Source: Hormiphora californensis (Eukaryota > Animalia > Ctenophora). From it: a DNA stretch of 64,000 nt. Shown here piece by piece: positions 59,931-64,000 of the stretch (position 1 is the stretch's first letter; every line of letters begins with the position of its first letter). The stretch lies in assembly GCA_020137815.1 (NCBI GenBank), contig CM035362.1:5518001-5582000 (forward strand), in the 5' to 3' direction. Made by a program: the position numbers and the translations under genes. Under the pieces are notes generated by a model. The model was not told the DNA's origin, did no database searches, and saw nothing but the letters and a program-made list of their open reading frames with translations.

Positions 59931-60823
59931 TTAATATCATACAGAGCTGCACGTCGACACCTGTTTGTGTGTCTGTTTGTAGTTATGTGTGTGTTTGAAG
60001 TGTGACAAAGCTTCATATATTAACACGCAACGTTGGTGTGGCAAGTGTGTGCATGATGGAGGGAGGGAGGGAGGAATGGGAGGGACATCGGTAAAGGATG
60101 GGAGTTTGGGGGGGGGGGGGAAGAAATGGACAGGGGAGGGGGGCTAAGCAGGGTGATCTGAGTTAATTTCAAAAATGAATTGGGATTTGGGTGAAAAGGA
60201 GACTCCATCTCCCCATGACACACTGCACACACACACGCGTTCACATATTCCTGTGGCACCAAGAAGTATTAGATAATATTTAAAGTAGTAAATTATGCTT
60301 AGTTTTAAGTTGAACTATATTATAAGCAACACAACTGATAAAGTTAAACGATGTATAGTCGGACCCCGGATGCTCGGGGGAAAGGTTTTTGCCCGGTATA
60401 TCGGGGTCTGACTGTATAAGGAGAATATATGTTGTTGACTTTATTTGAGAACCACAGATTGAGATACTGGTATCACATATCGAACACGTGATTATACCCA
60501 GAGTTGTACACGATAATTAATTAATTAATTAATTGGTTAATTAATTGCGAGCAGTGTGTTACTCGAGGTTCGTGTTTTTTACGTCACGCAACGTCGTTTA
60601 CACGTTGAGAAATGCGATAAGTTTTCTATTTGGATCGTTTTTGTACGTAATATCGTTAGAGAGAGCGTGACAAACTGACGTTTTGTTTTGGACGTAACAG
60701 ATAATGTGGAAATGATAATATACAATATCAATGCATTGTCTCCTGAGGTCCGGCCCCTTCCATTATCTGAGACACAGAGAGAGAGACACAGAGACAGAGA
60801 CAGAGACAGACAGAGACAGAGAC

Positions 60824-60896
<73 letters not shown>

Positions 60897-61835
60897 CAGA
60901 GAGAGAGAGAGAGAAGGAGAGAAAGGGGGGACCTTGGTGAGGCGATGTTTTTGTTAAACCTGCATATTGTATATGAATTAGTTGTTGTGCGACTTTTGAT
61001 TGCACCTGTGTCAGAGCTGATCTCCAACAGGAACCGACCGAATCAGGAAATACTGGTCCCTGATTGGCTCATAACCAGTCACGTGACCTAAATAACGAGT
61101 TCTGATTGGTTGTTTACTTGTGAAGAGATAGAGATTTGTATCTGACACCCCTAACAAGAAGTGTACCCTCTCACACACAATCACACAATCACACACACAC
61201 GCCGTGTAACAAATACATATTAGTGTGAGCCATATATTAGTATGTTAAATAACTGTTTACTGTGAGAAAGAATGTTAGAATATGTTAGCCAAAAATACGA
61301 TGTAGCAAGAAAAGAAGAGATATTTGACCATGTTTAGTTAGAAGCTTTGTTGAAGATGTTGAAGAAGAAGAAGTAAGATCAATCACTAAAATTATGTGGA
61401 TATTTTCGTTGTGGCTTAGACACATGCTGAATGCTCACAAGGCCAAGGTTAGCTTCTTTTTTCATACCCGTGCTCCATTCTACATTTGTTCCATATTAAT
61501 ACAGGACCAAACATGTATTAGAGAATTGTTTGCACACACTAGCCTATTATCGTGTTCCGAATTGAAGAGAAGTAATATTAGATTGTTACAAAAAAACAAC
61601 GCCTTTTATTTTGTTGAAATGGTACAATTACAGTCGGACCCCGATCTACCCGGATGCTCGGGGACTGGCGGCGCGACACCATCTGAGTGCACTGACACTC
61701 AAATGGTGTATGCACCGCCATACATGATACAGCTTGGAGAAAGGTTTTTGACCGGGTTTGCCCGGTATAACATCAAATACCGTTAAATTTCTGAATGTGG
61801 GAAATTCATCCTCCCGGTAAATTGGGGTCCGACTG

Positions 61836-62845
61836 TATCACAGGAACAGACAAGGGGCAAATGTTCAAGGGGTACCCGGTACTAAACCCATCCAGACGGT
61901 TTTTGCTCCAGACGGCGTCTAGATGGAGTCAGACGGGTTTGAGACGGTCGTCTTAGGCCCGTTTAGACGGGCGACGGCACGCTGAAACGGAGTTGGACGA
62001 AGTCAGACGGAATCTCTGAAATCAGACGGAAACCAAAACCATCTGAAGGCCGTATCTAGCCCGTCTGACTCCGTCTCAAGCCCGTCTAAACCAGGGCTTC
62101 AGACCACGTTTCAAACCCGTCTGACTCCGTCTAGACACCGTCTGGAGCAAAACCCGTCTAGCGCTGTTGGAACGGCTCCTAGAGGACGTCCAGGCGCGGC
62201 CCGGTGCTGTCAGCGTGATTCCTTACTACTGACTCTCAGATGGTACTATGACGGCAAGGGTAGCATGATCCTGGAGGGTAGAAAAAGGTTTTGACAAGTC
62301 TGACCCCGGATTATTCATCAAATCCGTAATTGTGAATGTGGGAAATTCAATCTTCCTGGTAAATTGGGCGGCTCAAGACGTATCACAGGAACAGACAAGG
62401 GGCCATGTTAAGGGTACTTCGGTACTAAACCCATCCAGACGGTTTTTGCTCCAGACGGCGTCTAGATGGAGTCAGACGGGTTTGAGACGGGCGTCTTAGG
62501 CCCGTTTAGAATTAGACGGGCGACGGCACGCTGAAACGGAGCTGAACGAAGTCAGACGGAATCTCTGAAATCAGACGGAAACCAAAACCGTCTGAAGGCC
62601 GTATCTAGCCCGTCTGACTACGTCTCAAGCCCGTCTAAACCAGGGCTTCAGACCACGTTTCAAACCCGTCTAGACGCCGTCTGGAGCAAAACCCGTCTAG
62701 TGCCGTTGGAACGGCGCCTAGACGACTTCTAGGCGCTAGGCGCGGTGCTGTCAGCGTGATTCCTTACTACAACTACTGATCTCCTCGAGCTCGGTACTCT
62801 CTTCTGAGCGAGAAATGGTCAGCATGATGCCTGGTAGGGTAGAAA
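61836..62845. repeat. Tandem duplication (about 545-bp period) of a unit packed with AGACGG / CCGTCT motifs
   Basis: Units start at about 61836 and 62381. Each has a run of AGACGG motifs followed by a run of CCGTCT motifs. Confidence 0.85.
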
Positions 62846-64000
62846 ACATGAGAAATGAGAATAGGGTCAGGCAAATGCTCTGACAGTGTATGGTCATGGC
62901 TGCATGGCGTTATGAGTAATCAGTTTCACACATGGTAGTGCATTGTAACATGTGGTCAATAGTTGATTGACATGTGCCCTCAAGCAGAACTTTGGCCTTT
63001 CCACACGTACAGCTATTGTCACCTACTACGTGATATGTTAATTGTGTCACGTCGAAGACGAAACGTGCACATGATGTTTGCTTGTTATTTGTTAAGTTCC
63101 TCAACAAATGGATCTATATATGATCTTGGAATTCTTTGCTCTCAATTAGTTTGTTGTTTAGGATTCCTAATAGGAAATACGAATACTCCTAATAAGTAAT
63201 ACTCATACTCATACGAATACTCATTTAATTTTAAAATCTGACCATATAGGGGCAGCGCGGGGGCAAGGCAAAAAAGCCCAACCCGCCCTGAAATCCGGGA
63301 TTGATCTGGCTTTTTGGCTTTTTTGGTTTTTTATCCAAAAATTTCTGCCTTTTTGTTCTGGCTTTTTTATCTGTCTGCCTCTTTTAATGTCACATAACTT
63401 TGATACCATTATGTTTATCAGAGACAAGTTATAATTGGAGCTGAGTTCATGGCATAATCATTCTTCATTAATTCGGGCAGTTCATTATTCGACCAATGAA
63501 ATGTGTGCATCAGAAATATTAAAACATATGATACAGTGATGAGTGAAACCCACAATGGTAATTTAGGCGGGGGTCGTTAAGAATTGTTCGAAAAAAAATA
63601 AACCGCTTAACCACACTAATCAGGTGTCACCAACTTAGTTAATTAGTGCATTATACAATTTAAATAACCTCGCCCTAATTTCTCTGTAGACTTTGGGCCG
63701 CCCTGGCCTGTCTCTCACTGCACACATCACACGAGGTTTTATGACGAGGTGCAGTTTATTATCTTCCGGTAAATTACTGGGTCATTCTGAATTGTGGCGA
63801 TATATTGAGCACTGATTTTTCTCACCGCAATAATCAAATGAAATCCAAGAATACCGCGGAAATCGGCTTTTGTTCATTTCCTTGTATTCGATCTTGCCGA
63901 TGTCGCTGCCTTGTATTTTACAAATTTCTGATCATGATGCCTATACTACCATATATACTACCATATATAAATTGTCTTTGCGTTATTCGATATTTGCCAT

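Overview
Eukaryotic (animal) genomic DNA, intron-rich and repeat-rich. It is probably a ctenophore: the 109-bp CAGGAACCGACC repeat is one I recall from Pleurobrachia, but this is unverified. Main contents, from left to right: (1) the 3' part of a spliced polypeptide GalNAc-transferase (GALNT) gene on + (10 exons, 789-15278), with an intronless MOSC/mARC-like gene nested in one intron; (2) a 15.6-kb cluster of four related Ty3/Gypsy LTR-retrotransposon pieces, one essentially intact with a -1 frameshift signal and three truncated, in alternating orientation and all inside one tiny MITE; (3) a manually assembled 5-exon orphan gene on -, head-to-head with (4) a divergent PL10/DDX3 DEAD-box helicase gene on +. 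There are also many non-autonomous DNA transposons (a hAT-like MITE, long foldback palindromes, a Helitron, a 9-bp-TSD element), minisatellites and microsatellites, one N gap and several low-quality homopolymer-inflated stretches. The most unexplained pattern is that many exon-intron junctions are locally tandem-duplicated into the intron, giving arrays of decoy splice sites. All gene models were read by hand from GT/AG sites and recalled protein motifs; no database search was run.
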